Assembly (NCBI GenBank): GCA_951406725.2
Contig: OX597816.1
Coordinates: 117,428,001-117,492,000, forward strand
Direction: 5' to 3'
DNA: 64,000 nucleotides
DNA from: Octopus vulgaris
Lineage: Eukaryota
Position numbers and translations under genes: made by a program. This document shows, piece by piece, positions 1 through 14,144 of this stretch (position 1 is its first letter; each line of letters starts with the position of its first letter). The notes below the pieces were generated by a model, which saw only the letters and a program-made list of their open reading frames with translations, was not told the origin of the DNA and did no database searches.

Positions 1-548
1 AACTGGAGATATATTGTATTCTAACCATTTTTTAAATTTAAGAATGAGCATTAGGGATACAATTCAGGAGGTTGACTATGTAGTTAATGAAATATAACTA
101 AATGTCATGGTAGTTATTATTAAGAACTAATTAAGACCGAGCCTCTAAGAGTTACTGAATAAAATAACCAAAAATAAGGAAAGAATGACAGAAGATCCTA
201 TCAATCCATTTAACATATAAAAGTGATAATAATTTAAATCCAGTATCGATAATTCTATCAATTCATTTAACATGTAAAAGTGACAATAACTTAAATCCAA
301 TATCAGTACAGACTTAAAATTATGATATGAAATATTTGATCCCTATTTTGTTTGAAATGAAGTTACAGTTGGTAACAGTTGAATGTCTTCTCTTATTCTT
401 GTAATTTTATGTTGATCTCTTTTTAATTTGTTGTTTAGTTATGTCACAATATTCACTACATGACACTCTATTCACTTGAATTCATTTTGGAAATAGTCCA
501 CATTCACTTGCATGTTACATTTATTGAATGTTGTTGTCTCCTCTCTAG

Positions 549-704
549 GATGCACTTACTGATTTAACAGCAAATACTGAAAAGATGTTTGACTCAGGAG
601 ATCCTGAGTTTTGCTGTCACAAAGGTATCTTGCAAGCAGCACGTTACATTCGTGATGAACTTGAATTTCATTCTCTCATAGAAAGAGGCTTTCAGAAAAC
701 AGGT
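549..704 (+). CDS. DAGLB: Diacylglycerol lipase beta-like, internal exon (gene 5' end lies outside the window)
   Basis: AG acceptor at 547-548, GTAAGT donor at 705. Encodes DALTDLTANTEKMFDSGDPEFCCHKGILQAARYIRDELEFHSLIERGFQKTG, matching the class-3 lipase DxLTDL...HKGIxQAARY segment of DAGL-beta. Phase 0. Confidence 0.9.
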
Positions 705-1264
705 GTAAGTTTCTTCTCATTCTGTTTTTTTTTACCTGCAAATATTTATATTTGTGCTTAGTTTCGTATTTAACTTATCAAAAATAATTATGGGCCATGT
801 ATGTTGTCTTATCACTTTCATTCTGCTAGTAGCACACAATATATTGTTTTATTACATATTGGCATATATGTATGGCATATCCTTTGTATAGACATATATA
901 CAGAAATACATCTTCTTTCCCTTTTTTTTATTTTACAAGAAGAAGAGAAAATGTCGCATTAAGTCAAGGATTAAAGATTAAAGAAGAAAAATTCATATTT
1001 TTCTTAAAAGTTTATTTACTACAGCTTTTCCACCATCTTCAGGTGTGTTTCTGAATGTTGCCTATGTTAATGTAACTTTGTGAGTAATCTCCCTTAAGTT
1101 TATAAGGAATTTCTACTTCCACAAATATTTAGTTCATTGGAGCAATATTTTATAACTGCTTCATAGTTTGAAATAGAATATAAAATTATGACAAATGTTC
1201 AATATCATATAGATACATTAGAATATAACTAATATAACTGTGATTTATTTGCTATTTGTTTCAG

Positions 1265-1392
1265 AACCAGAAGATCGTTGTCACTGGACATAGCTTAGGA
1301 GCTGGTACAGCTGCCATTCTTGCTATTCTCTTGAAAGAAAAATATAATGATGTCTACTGCTTTGCTTATGCTCCACCTGGTGGCCTTTTGTG
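1265..1392 (+). CDS. DAGLB: DAGL-beta-like exon with the catalytic serine (GHSLG)
   Basis: TTTCAG acceptor. Encodes NQKIVVTGHSLGAGTAAILAILLKEKYNDVYCFAYAPPGGLL. GT donor at 1393 in phase 2, compatible with the next exon. Confidence 0.92.
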
Positions 1393-2631
1393 GTTTGTAT
1401 TAAAATATTCTTTACATTCCTTATTATTTTCTTTTCTTACACATTTCTTTCTTTCAATAAAGACACTTATTGAAATGAAGGCAAGTGAGGATCTGTGTTT
1501 TGATATTAGAAAATATTCTCAGCTAAGGATATGAGGTAACTGAGTGGAGAGTTAATATAGTTGATATTCAGTTTGAAATGTTGAAAGTTAATTGTCAGGA
1601 ACCAAATGTGGTGAATTTTAGAAAGTGCAGTTAGTGGAAGGCAGATATTGGATAAGCTATTAAGTATGATGGAGGAGGTATTGAGAGGACAAGACATTGT
1701 AGGAAGTATGAGAAGAAAAGTATGTCTGTCAAATATGTCTATCAAATAAGGTAGGTATACTTTTCTAGATGTGAACAGTATTCTTGTATAGGAGGTATTT
1801 CTATGTGAGTAAGGTTCACAGCTTTCAAGACAAGCATTTTCTGTTTTAGAAAAGCCATAGTGATGCTCATGCTTTTACTAGTCATATGTTCAAATGTTCA
1901 GAATAATGTTAGATATGGGTAGGTGGGCTGTTTAAAGTTCACAATTGTATTACATGGGTATGATGTCCATTGGCATTATGGTGATTCTCTTTCATTTTGG
2001 CCAAATTATTTGAAGTGTTTTTATATTGTTACAAAATACTGTGATATTTTATATTGTTTTCATATTATTACAAAATATTGTATTGTTACAAAATATTCTT
2101 GTCTTAGCTGGTGACTAAGTCGCCCAAATAAGCCATTGAAATAAATGAAGAACAATTAATGCATGTGAGGAAATGTATTTAAGATATATTGTGGATTCCA
2201 TTCCAAAACCGAATGAATATTTTTCTCCCTTTTAAGAGAGTATTTGAAAGAGATTAGATTGCTATTTCTGGAAAGGTAAGCAACAGCATAGCTATAACAG
2301 GCTGAAAAGTCTATATTTAATTGTAGAATATGCCAGGGTTCAGTTTGCATAAGTTGTATATATTTATTTCGTTAGCCCATCCATATTAATAATTTATCAG
2401 CAGAATATTTATGATAGTCACTTTATTGCCTGACTTATGAGTTATTCCCTATAGTCAAATATTTACCCTTATTCACTAATTAATCTGTTAGTCTTACTCT
2501 TAATTAGTTTAATAATTTATGATTTATCTTAAGATATAATTTTCCTTAGTATTGCTGAATTAATTAGCCTGTTCTCTGAAAGGAGCATCAGTGTATTTGT
2601 TTTAATTCCAATATCTCATTTTATTCTTCAG

Positions 2632-2773
2632 TCGTCCAGCCAGTGACTACAGCCAAGAATTTACCTGCTCTGTTGTTCTAGGTGATGATCTTATTCCTAG
2701 ATTGGGATTATGTAATATTGAAAAATTGAAGACTGATGTGGTGGGAGCTGTCAATGCATGTGATTTACCAAAG
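2632..2773 (+). CDS. DAGLB: DAGL-beta-like exon with the catalytic aspartate
   Basis: TTCTTCAG acceptor. Encodes (C)RPASDYSQEFTCSVVLGDDLIPRLGLCNIEKLKTDVVGAVNACDLPK. AAG|GTAACA donor. Confidence 0.9.
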
Positions 2774-5265
2774 GTAACAAGGAGATACTCTTTTTCATTA
2801 ACTAATGATCTCTTGATAATTATCAAAGCAATAACATAGAATTAGACAGTTAATGAATAGCATTGTAGAATGTAGATATTTTAGAAATTAAAAAAAAACA
2901 TCATTCTGAAATATTCTTTTCTTTAATTTATTTCTGTTGAGGGTGACTTCGTCTTTCCTTCCTCTAGAGTTGATAAAATAAGTACCAGTTAAGAAGTGAG
3001 ATATATTTAAATCAACTACTTCCACCATCCCTAATTCTTTTGTCTCAGTGTAAGAAATGAGTATTATCACCTTCATCCACTTTATTCTGATATTGGCCTC
3101 TTTAAGGGACAAAATCCTCCCTTCACCTGCAACAACAATTTTCATCTTGACTATGAGGTCTGCTACTTTCACTTGTGATGATGATATGGTAATGAATTGT
3201 GCTATTTTGTGTAGTACCTTTCCAAAGTTTTGAGTTCAAATTATGCTTAAACCAACTTTGCATTTCATCCTTCTCAGGTAAATTCCCTGATCAAGTATTG
3301 GGGTTGATTTTATATTCCTGTAAAGCATCCTAGATCAGAATGGAATTATAATAAATGTATAGTGTTATTACTCTTTATCAATGCCTGTGTTGCAAATGTT
3401 GAAAGATGGGGTGCAAGTGAGCTGAGAGTGCAGCTGTATTGAAGGTATTATCTAACAATATGTTCTGGAGACACAGCTGTGCTAGTAAAGGACATCTGAG
3501 TGAATGGATGTTAAGTTCTGGGTGAAATAAATGCCATGTGCTTTCCTGATCTTCCTTCTGTGGCAGAGGAAGCTCTAGAAAGATGTGGAAACAATGAAGT
3601 CACTTCTCTTAGACAAGATGATAGTGAACTGAGAAAAAATAATATGTTGTTGGACTGTCCAGTCCATAATGGCATGGGAAAATAGATATTGAAATAATAT
3701 GAAGTATGTTGAAGAATTAAGATTACTGTTGACTTTTTTTTCTTAATAGAATGCTTGGTCATCACCTGATGTAAAACTGTTTGTAATTTAGGCACACCAC
3801 CAGCTGTTTTGAGGGGAGGGAGTTAGTTGAAACCATCAATACCAGCACTTGACTGGTACTTTATTTTATTAACCTAGGAAGGATGGAAAGCTAAATTGGC
3901 CATGGTAAGATTTGAACTTGGAAGGTAAAGGGCTGGAACAAATATTGCAAAGCATATTTTCTGACCCTCTAATAATTCTCCCATCTCTGTTGAGTTAATA
4001 TTCTTTGCAACCTTATGAAGGCGATATGATTTAGGTATCAGCATTACTATTTACTGTGATTCTGGCAGCAGTTAGAAAAATTTGTAATATTGGACCTTTT
4101 TATGTGTCTCAATAAACTTAACCTTATACTTCTTTCCTGGTCTACTTTTACATTGTTTACTTTCAACTATCAACTCAATATTTCTTCATCTGGCAATACC
4201 AGTACAGTTATCTCTCTTGTATTTATTAATTGAAAGCATTTGCACCATTAATTTTTGGTTTCAGATTTCATATAGCCTGCTCTATTAACATACAGTGTAA
4301 TTTTGTTATCAGCAAGGACAGGATTTTCCTAAAAGTCTTGTATTTCATGATAAACTCTAATCATAATGGTCTCATCATTACTACCTCCAAGAGTTTTGTC
4401 ACTTAAGTAACAAAACTCATCTACAATTTCTGCAAAACATCCAGATAGTGTTTTTTTTTAATATTGTTTACATATTGTTTAGGTTATTGACATAATTACC
4501 ATTTGAGATGAGCCAACAAAGGAGACTTTATGCTGTCACATGTCCTGTTAAAAGTAGACTATTACTTTGATTGTCTTAGAAAATGAAAAAGCAGGTAGCA
4601 TGGTCTTGGGTTCCCTGCATATAGGGAAAAAAATGTGGTTGTCATGGCTGGAACATCTTTGATCTTAAGTCCTTTTGATCAGGGATGACCTAACAACAAA
4701 TAGCAACTTCATCGAGGATTTAAAAGTTGTTTCACATACTAAACTTGTTTTTTATTTATTAAAGTTCTTTGTGTTTCCTATACAATAGATATGTCTGAAA
4801 TAGATGTGAAATAATAACATCTGAAATCATTTTAAGATTTTGGGTTACATTTCTTCATTTCAATGTATTAATAGTAGTGGTTGTTCAGTAACTCTAACTC
4901 AATGTTCTTTTCTAAGGTGATAGGGTATGAGTTAAGGGATATCTGGCTGCTATTTTTAGCAGGACAAGCAACTACATAAAAGCTTTCTTACTGGTTAATG
5001 GTTTTATTAATAACCTCAACAGTATGTGAACAATGAAAGGACACACTGATATAGGTCTAGCTCTCTGGACATACTGATATAGAATGTCTGACATGTCAGT
5101 TTAGATTAAACTTCATCTAATAGATATTTTAGTCATGGTCATCAATCTTAATAGTGTCGTTGTTGTTGTTGAGGCTTAGAATACATGGTTCCCATTTTTA
5201 ATGACAGTAACAAGTTTGACAAAAAATGTAAATTTAGAACTGATTATAATGATATCCTGTGGCTT

Positions 5266-5596
5266 GTAAGGGTAAAGACCCTCTCCAGTCATGAATGACC
5301 ATGGGATTGCACTTAGAAAGTTATCCTCTGAGGCATAAGTCCAGGCAAGGTTGTTTACAGAAGACCAGTAGTCGTCCATGCATATCAGCTTCCTATCTCC
5401 ATGGCACCAATGTTATTCAAAGGAAAGGCAAAGGCTGATACAGCTTGGCACCAGTAATACTGTAACTCATTTCTACAAATGAGTAAACTGGAATAAAGTA
5501 TCTTGCTCAATAACAACACACAGCCTGGTCCAGGAATCAAACTCACTATCTTATGATTGTGAGCCTAATGCTCTAACTACTGAGCTACACGCCTTC
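5266..5596 (-). mobile_element. tRNA-derived SINE (decayed)
   Basis: Minus-strand head has an A-box-like TAGCTCAGTAG and a B-box-like GTTTGATTCC. Related heads or bodies occur near 7745, 39825, 50775 and 52060. Confidence 0.65.
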
Positions 5597-6058
5597 AGGG
5601 CAAGCATTATTTTGTGATTGGGCTCCACACAATATTTTGGTGTCCATTTTTGGTGAAAATAAAAGAAAATGGAGGTAAAACAAAATTCGCAAAATTCAAT
5701 AAACTCAGCTTTTTTTGTTCATTTTGTTCAATGAAATGTATGGTGTTATAACATTTGTGGCAGCCATTTGTAATCATATAAGGATTATCAAAACTGTCAA
5801 AAGTTAGCATACATCAATAATTTGAGTTTTTAGTGGCAGTGAGAAATTTAAATGCATTTTTAAAAGATTTTAGAAATTATTTTCTTTAGTAATTGTTTAG
5901 TTACATTCATTGCATAACACTGAGAAATAAAGTAAAATAAAGTGTGCATTTTCTCATTCTGCTACAGTTTCTAGTATAATTCTGTACTAATTTTATTAAG
6001 CTACTGTTAAAACATTATAGTAACACCTAATATTTAAATTTATCTTATTATTTTTCAG

Positions 6059-6282
6059 TATAAAATCTTCCTGAGTGGTTTCTGGAAAGTAGTATGTGGC
6101 TTGAATATAAACCATCGTGAAGAAGATTTCAATGTTGACGAACCACAACATAATTTGGTAGATGTCAGTTCTAGCAGTTCATCTGGTCATTACGGTAGTA
6201 TTGGAGATTCTGTCACACCAGAGAAACAACTTTATCCACCAGGACTTATTTTGCATATTGTTGAAGAGCAAGGTTCTACTGG
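6059..6282 (+). CDS. DAGLB: DAGL-beta-like exon
   Basis: TTTTTCAG acceptor. Encodes YKIFLSGFWKVVCG...EKQLYPPGLILHIVEEQGST(G), including the family LYPPG.I.H motif. GG|GTAAGA donor, phase 2. Confidence 0.88.
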
Positions 6283-6317
6283 GTAAGAAGATATTTTTGA
6301 TTTCTTAATATTTATCC

Positions 6318-6950
6318 ACAGGCATGGCTGTGTGGTTAAGAAGTTTGTTTCACAGTCATGTGATTCTGGGTTCAGTCCCATTGCAGAACTACTTGAGCAA
6401 GTGCCTAGTACTAAAGCCCTGGCCAACCAATACCTATTTCTTTATTACCCACAAGGGGCTAAACACAGAGGGGACAAACAAGGACAGACATAGGTATTAA
6501 GTCAATTACATCGACCCCAGTGCGTAACTGGTACTTAATTTATCGACCCCAAAAGGATGAAAGGCAAAGTCGACCTCGGCGGAATTCGAACTCACAACGT
6601 AATGCAGACGAAATGCCGCTAAGCATTTCGCCCTGCGTGCTAATGTTTCTGCCAGCTCGCCACCAGCTCGCCAGCCAATACCTTGTAAGTTAATTTAGTG
6701 GACAGAAACCATTTAGAAGTCCATTATGTGTGTGTTTGTGTATGTGTGCATGTGTTTGTCTTGAACTGCTTCACAACTGGTGTTGGTTTCTTTGCACTTC
6801 TGTAAGTTAGTAGTTTGGCAAAAAAATAAGAGACCACCAGAATAAGTATCAAGCTGAAAAGTAAGTGCTGGAGTTGAGTTGATTAACCAAATCCTCCAAA
6901 GTGGAATCCCATCATGAGTACAGTCCAGTAACTTTAACAAGTAAAAAAAT
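6318..6950 (+). mobile_element. tRNA-derived CORE-like SINE (host), interrupted by a second SINE
   Basis: Colinear with the intact copy at 33055-33510 once 6436-6674 is removed. Confidence 0.75.
6436..6674 (-). mobile_element. Young SINE of the GGTCGACTTTGCCTTTCATCC-core family
   Basis: Flanked by direct repeat CCAATACCT (6427-6435, 6675-6683). Same family as 25531, 49713 and 55758. The core resembles the MetaSINE-type domain (recalled, not verified). Confidence 0.85.
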
Positions 6951-7159
6951 GAAAATAAAATATTTTTTTAGATAAGCTCTTAGTGAACTGTAGCTGCAAA
7001 CTGGTTTTGATTCTTGGATGAAACCGATTTATTTCTCTTATTCTCCTAACATCCCTAAGAAAGCCATGTAAGTTACACTATCTAAAACCTTCCCTATAAC
7101 TTTATGACTGTGAGCTTAAAAAAATGTTTTAATATTTATTCTTTTTATTGACTACTTAA

Positions 7160-7370
7160 AAGCTAGCAGAATTGTTAGCATGTCAGATAAAATGCTTAGT
7201 GGAATTTCATTCATCTTTACATTCTGAGTTCAAACTCTGCTGAGGTTGACTTTGCCTTTCATCATTTTGGGGTTGATGAAATAAGTACTAGTTGAGTACT
7301 GAGGTTGATGTATTCAAACTATCCCTCTCCCCACAAATTTCAGGCCTTGTACCTATAGTAGAAAGGGTTA
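7160..7370 (+). mobile_element. SINE, same core family, CpG-decayed
   Basis: GAGGTTGACTTTGCCTTTCATC core with CpG sites converted to TG/CA. Further decayed copies lie at about 3200-3340, 3790-3980, 8045-8265 and 23660-23990. Confidence 0.75.
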
Positions 7371-9026
7371 TTAGCCATTTGTAATGATAAATATGGTATC
7401 TAGATAATTTATGGAATTTAATTTACCATATTTCCTGGCATTCAAATCAGTGTAATACGTAGTGTAAACATTCAAGCATCATCACTATCTTTTCTAATCC
7501 TGCTGTATTTCAAATGGAATTCTTGGTCTTCCAAAGTCACCTTTGACCTACCATTTTTGGCTGCAAATTTTGGTTTTAAAAATGCAATTTAGATGTTGGA
7601 AAATACAGTATATTTTGTTATTTTAAAGAGTATGATATCAGTTGTAACAAGTTTTAGATTCTATCTAAGTCTTTTGTATCTATCTAAGTCTTTTGTATCT
7701 AAGTCTTTTCTATCTAAGTCTATTGTATAAGTGACAGCACATGACTTTATGGTTAGGGTGTTGCACACTCATGATTGCAAGATCACAATTTTTATTTTTG
7801 GACTTGGGTGGTGTGTTTGTGCTCTTGAGCAAAACACTTCGTTTTATGTTAGCCAGTTCAGTCAGCTGTGATGGGCTGATACTCTGTTCAAAGAGAATGT
7901 TGTGATCTTGGTCAATTATATGCCATGGAAACCAAATAACTGGCCCCATGAGTCCTAAGATATGAGATAATAATGTCCAGCAATACTATTGTATAAAAAC
8001 AATCTTAGTTAACAGTATAGGTGTTTATTTTGTGTTGCTTGTCAAGGTGATGGGCTGGCAGTTGTTAGAGTGTCAGTGAAATGCCTTGCAGTATTTTTTC
8101 TGGCTCTTTAAATTCTGAATTCAAATCTCACCATGGCCAACTTTGCCTTTTACCCATTGGGTGGGTCAGTCAATAAAATAAAGTACCAGTTATATGCTGG
8201 TGTCAACAGTATTGACTATTTACTCTCCTCTCAAAATACTGGCCTTGTGCCTTAATGAGAAACTGTTAATTTGCTGTTTGTGAGACAAATTAATATATTT
8301 TTAAGCATTTAGTAAATTCATAGTCTCAGAAGATATAAAATATTTGAAAGAAAAACAAGTGATAGTTCTTCCATGTCTATTTATAAGATTGAGTACAAAA
8401 TATTGCAATTAAAGAGCTGAACCAATTGTTTTTGGTTTGCTTTAGCCACCATGTTGAAGACTGTTCTGGGAGATTTCTTATAAGATCACATCATTGCAGT
8501 ATGTGTCTGCATGCTCTTTCTTTGCTAGATAAACAATATTGACACTGTTAGATTAGGTTGAATCTGCAGATCATATCCCCCTCCCTACATTAAGATTATT
8601 CACATGTAACCTAGGTACCTAATCTTAGATATACACTCATTCAATGATCAATGACTTCAGTTATTGGTTGTGTAGCTGAATCCATTTTATAAAAAGGTTC
8701 TAAAAATTGAAATCATTTTGGCTAACCATGTGTGTGTGTGTATGCGTATAGGTATATATGTAAATATATATGCAAACATATATATATATATATGCATGTA
8801 AATGTGTATGATAATAAAACATATCAGAATAGAGCAGTAATTATTAAAACAAAAAGTTTTAACTTTTTGCTTTAATATTTTTTAAATTTATATATGTATG
8901 TATGTGTGTGTGGGTGTCTAGTTTTCCATTTCTTCTTGTTGTTTACATATTTCACTCGGTTTCCCCTCATTTGTTTATTTATTTCATGTTATTTGTATTG
9001 TTGGTGACGTCCTGTACCCTTTATGC

Positions 9027-9057
<31 letters not shown>

Positions 9058-9660
9058 TTATTATTTAATTGAACGCGACCCATCCATTTCCAAGTAAGTT
9101 TATATATACATACCTTTATATATATATAATTCAACTACAGTAGTAGTTGAATAATATTCTTAAGGCTGCAATTTACTCACATGCAGCATCTTTCAGAGCT
9201 TGTCACTAATTCAATTCTTAACCAGATTGAAAACTGTTAACATTTTCGAAGAGGATTGGTCCTTAGCTACATTTTGGCATTAAAAAATTGAGATTTGGTC
9301 CAGTAGAAAAAAGTTTACATAAAAATTTGTAGCAACATTATAGGAGAGTAAGTAACACCTCCAATCAAGTTTAGATCTAAATAACTTTTTTATTTTAAAG
9401 CAAAATATATTTTTCTTAGCTTTGAGGATAGAAGAAAACATGAGGAATTTCATAGTTTTGGTCCCATGCAACAAAAATTTGTATCAAAAAAGTTGTGAGG
9501 TAAAATATCATGAAATAAATAAGTAAGGCAAAAAATTGGATTTAAGTATAATTAACTTTTTTATTTTAAAAACAAACTATATTTTAATTAACCTTAAATG
9601 ATAGAGCTCAATCTCATGCAATGAAGTTTGAAAAGGAAAATGTTATGAAAAAAAAAATGC

Positions 9661-9814
9661 CCCGGAGTGGTTGGCGTTAGGAAGGGCATCCAGCTGTAGA
9701 AACACTGCCAGATCAGACTGGAGCCTGGTGCAGCCTCCTGGCTTCCCAGACCCTGGTCAAACCGTCCAACCCATGCTAGCATGGAAAACGGACGTTAAAC
9801 GATGATGATGATGA

Positions 9815-9817
<3 letters not shown>
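9661..9817 (+). mobile_element. 5'-truncated RTE LINE 3' tail
   Basis: Nearly identical to 44566-44725 (GGAGTGGTTGGCGTTAGGAAGGGCATCC...GGACGTTAAACGATGATG). Followed by (TA)n. Confidence 0.85.
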
Positions 9818-9883
<66 letters not shown>

Positions 9884-10779
9884 CATCATCTGTTTGTGTG
9901 TCTGTGTTTGTCTCCCCCACCATCACTTGACAACTGATGTTAGTGTGTTTACGTCCCCATAACTTAGTGGTTCAGCAAAAGAGACTGATAGAATAAGTAC
10001 TAAAGGCAGTGCTCCAGCATGGCCAGTCAAATGACTGAAACAAATAAAAAAAAAAAACTTCATTATTAAAGAAGGTACCATCATTTTGTTAAAATATTGG
10101 CATGTGAGAATACTTAAAAAATGAAAACCAGAAGTATCAATATAGCTAAAGTTTTATGCAAAATAGAGTAGTATATATGGTAGGCAAATTCATTATGTAA
10201 AAGAATAGGCATTGGATCAAGCCTAAAAATGTGAAGACTTAGGCAACAACTCAAGCAAATTTTACTGTGAATTTGTCGTTATAGGTAGATTTTACTGTAA
10301 TATATAACTAATTTTTGTATTATTCTGTTTATTGTACTAACTAATTATATACTACTATTATTTTTATGACCTATTTTTAAATTTCTAATTATTAATTAAT
10401 AGTTAAAAAAAGGAATTTTTTAAAGTGCAAAAAATATTTTGAGTTATTTTTAATATTTAATAGAAGTAACAACTAATAACAAATAGAAGTAATAACTTGT
10501 AATAAAATTTTTAGTTTTAATAAAAGCTAATATTTTCTAAATCTAAATATTTTATTTGAAATTTTATCTTTAGCTGTAATATTTTAAGTAAAAATTTTCT
10601 TGTTCTGTACTTTACCAGATGTAATAACTTGTCCTCAACTTTTCCAAGTGTAATAACTTGTCCTGTACTTTTCCAGGTTTATAATCTTAAGAATATTATT
10701 TCTCTTGCTTGCATTTTTCCATGTAATATAGATAAATGTATAAACATATGTATGTTTATATGTACATATTTATCTCTGT

Positions 10780-10820
10780 TACACATACACACACACAACC
10801 CCGCTCTATGCATATATATA

Positions 10821-10864
<44 letters not shown>

Positions 10865-11952
10865 GCATACATATATATAAATATATATGTATATAGGTAT
10901 ATATTTGTAGATATGTAGATAAATGTATTAACATATGTATGCTTATATGTACATATCTATCTATTTTATACACACACACACACATATATGTGTGTGTGTG
11001 TGTATGTATATAAGGTGTTTAGTCTAAATTTGACAGTTTGCATAAATGGAAAAGAAAACAGAATATCCCATCCCAAAATAAATGTGTATGCATATGTTTT
11101 TATGTGCATGTATACCTTAATATAGGTATATGTATGCGTATATATGTATGTCAGTGTATAAGTATCTATGTGTATATGTGTGTGTATATCATCATCATCA
11201 TATAAAAGTGTATATGCATATGTATGTATATATGTGTATGCATATACATGTATGTGAATGTGTGTGTGTGTATGTATGTGATAAATGAGCAAAAACAGGT
11301 AAAAAGCGCAAGGGGAATAAATTTTCACTAAAGTGTTAGTTCTTTTGCACTTGGAAAGGGGAAGAAAAAAAAGCATCAGAAAAGAGAAAGTAAGAATGAT
11401 GGTAGGAAGGGGGAAGAAGAAAGAAGGAAAAAAAGAAAGACAGGTAAAAATGTTTAGGGGACAGGTGGGACTGAGTTTATATGGGGAGGAGTTAAGAAAG
11501 GGGAGGAAAAGTCTGGGTGTTGTGTGCATGCATAAAAGTATCTGTGTATGGAGATAAACATGGGTGGAGGTGTATGAACACTGTGAGATGCAACTGGTTC
11601 TCTGGAGGTGAGTGGTTTTGAGTGGGATGTGAATGTAGTAAAGGTGAGAGGAAAGTATAGCAGAAAAAGGTGTGTGTAGGGAGAACCAACAGTGAAGAAA
11701 ATGGTGCAGGAGATGAGAAAAAATAGTTATAAGTGCAGAGAAAAAGCTATATTGTTTAAAAAAATAGTGGGAAATTAAGATGGTTTGGTATAAAATCTGA
11801 AAAATAAAATTCTTGAATGTGAAAGAGTATGTAAAAAGGTAGAGAGAATAGGAACAGTATGGTTAAAAACTATATGGTACACGTGCAAAGATTATTGCAA
11901 AGGGGAGAGATGACTGTAAAAAAGATAAAAAAAAAGCAAGTGTGTATTTGTT

Positions 11953-12010
<58 letters not shown>

Positions 12011-12211
12011 GTGTGTGTATGTTTGTGTGTGTGTGTGCATGTATGTGTGTATATATATATATATCTATATGTATCTGTGTGTGTGCATGTATGTGTGTAT
12101 ATATATATGTGTGTGTATATATATATATATATATAAATATTGGGATGTATATATGTATGTATCTATATGTATATATATGTGTGTGTGTACATATATATAT
12201 ATATATCTATG

Positions 12212-12243
<32 letters not shown>
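10780..12243. repeat. Microsatellite-rich tract, (TA)n/(CA)n/(TG)n mixtures
   Basis: Directly visible dinucleotide arrays, which explain the YIYI/CVCV ORFs. Similar arrays are scattered through the window. Confidence 0.9.
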
Positions 12244-12244
<1 letters not shown>

Positions 12245-12500
12245 GAGGTTTCGACTGGAATGAGGTTGCTTTTTCAACAGGGATGCATTTCATCTGAGCG
12301 TACACCTGCTTAGCTCCATATTGATTAATTTTCCTGAAATTTGTTAATTTGTGTTAGTTTTGATGTTTACTGATGGTTTTTTTCAACATCAGTGCTTAAC
12401 ACTTATGAAGTTCCAGTTGGTATTATATTTTCATCTGTCCTATATAGGAGAGCAGAATTTTAATAATATAATATTAAAAAAAAATAATAATAGTCAATCA

Positions 12501-12620
12501 CATGTCACCTACGCGTATATCAATTCCTACCTTCTCTCATATTTTACAATTAAATTCATAATGCAATTTAATTATAAAATGTGAGTAAAGGTAGGAATTG
12601 AAACATGTGTAGGTAACATG
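12501..12620. repeat. Long inverted repeat / hairpin
   Basis: Arms 12501-12556 and 12565-12620 pair over 56 positions with about 6 mismatches and 3 G-U pairs, around an 8-nt loop. Confidence 0.85.
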
Positions 12621-12866
12621 AAATAAATTGATTTTTTTTCTGTGTTCACACTCTCCATTTTCTTTATATTATGGATATGTTAACCCCCCCCCGCCCAAAC
12701 ACACATGTCTATTGGTCTCGTTTGCTAAACCACTAGGTTATGGAGACATAAACACACCAACCTTAGTTGTTAAGCAATGTTGGGGAAACAAACACACACA
12801 CACACACACACATATATATATGATGGGCTTCTTTCAGTTTCCATCTACCAAATCCACTCACAGTTT

Positions 12867-13567
12867 TTGAGCCCACTGCAGATGTGCCCATCGATGACAA
12901 TCTGTGAGGATGGGCCCCTAGCTGGCTGTCAACAAGACATTGAAAGATCTCAGCTGGCGACGAACTGTCTCTGCACAAATGGGTCTGTGGTGAATCCCTA
13001 TGGTCTGCCTAGCTGATTCCATTGCCCTCTGGACTTGATCCTGCAAGTGCTGTTAGTGCAGGTGGCAATCTTGATGTGCCATTGTAACCCTTGGTTGACC
13101 ACTGTGTGGATGATCATCCGTGCTGTTTGTGGTATTGTATCATAACCTCGGCCACTCAGTTGTCTGAATACTGCAGTTCAAGTCATTAGCAATGACCCAT
13201 GGATATTGACCAACATGAAGATGTCTGATGGTTTGCTCCCTCTGATTTTGTGTCAGTCTTGGCATACTTGCGTTCGGGAAATGAATGATTGACTGGTAAA
13301 TTTGGGTGCTTTTTATACCCAATGAGTCAACGTTTTACACGTGCTTCATGCTTTTCATAAAGATATGTTCATGAGTATTACCATGTTCACAAAAAAGTGA
13401 GTGAGTTCAAACACGACCTGCAATCCTTATGTCTTCAAAAGAGAGTGGTGTTGTGGGTCAGTGACATCTTGATGTCAAATTACCTAGAAATGTAATAAGA
13501 TCCATATAATTTCAATATTGTGTAACAAATAATCTTTTACAATGTGGTGTTTCTTTTGTAGTTCAAT
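12867..13567 (-). mobile_element. Tc1-like DNA transposon remnant (5' part)
   Basis: MPRLTQNQREQ...IANDLNCSIQT followed by decayed RxGNTTNSTD/QPRVT segments, typical of the Tc1 paired-HTH N-terminus. Frameshifted and truncated. Confidence 0.6.
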
Positions 13568-13574
13568 ATATATA

Positions 13575-13940
13575 TCATCACATCATCATCGTTTAATGTC
13601 CATTTTCCATGCTAGCATGGGTTGGATGGTTCGACTGGGGTCTGGGAAGCCAGGAGGCTGCACCAGGCTCCAGTCTGATCCAGCAGTGTTTCTACAGCTG
13701 GATGCCCTTTCTAACACCAACCACTCCTTGAGTGTAGTGGGTGCTTTTTACGTGCCACTGGCACAGGTGCCAGGAGAGGCTGGCAATGGCCACGACTGGC
13801 TGGTGCTTTTTACATGCCACCAGCACAGAAGCCAGTCAAGACGGCGCTGGCATAGGCCACGTTCGGATGGTGCTTTTTACGTGCCACCGGCACAGGTATC
13901 ACAACTACAATTTCCATTTGATTTTTATTTGATGTTGATG
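13575..13940 (-). mobile_element. 5'-truncated RTE 3' UTR copy
   Basis: Reverse complement of the 44350-44725 RTE tail, including the repeated GTGCCGGTGGCAC motif. Confidence 0.85.
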
Positions 13941-13951
13941 TGTGTGTGTAT

Positions 13952-14012
<61 letters not shown>

Positions 14013-14144
14013 ATGTGTGTGGTGTGTATAAGTTGGTGAGCTAGCAGAATTGTTAGCATGCTGGACAAAATGCTTGACATATTATCCATCTTTTCAAGTC
14101 CAGTCCATGCCAGCTTAGAAAATGGATGGTTAATAATGTCCTCT

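Noticed and set aside
199-305. Direct repeat of about 50 bp in an intron
   Set aside because: Simple local tandem duplication with no further signal.
10629-12277. Many ORFs rich in YI/CV/HT repeats
   Set aside because: They are translations of dinucleotide microsatellites with no protein signal. The same applies to similar ORFs elsewhere.
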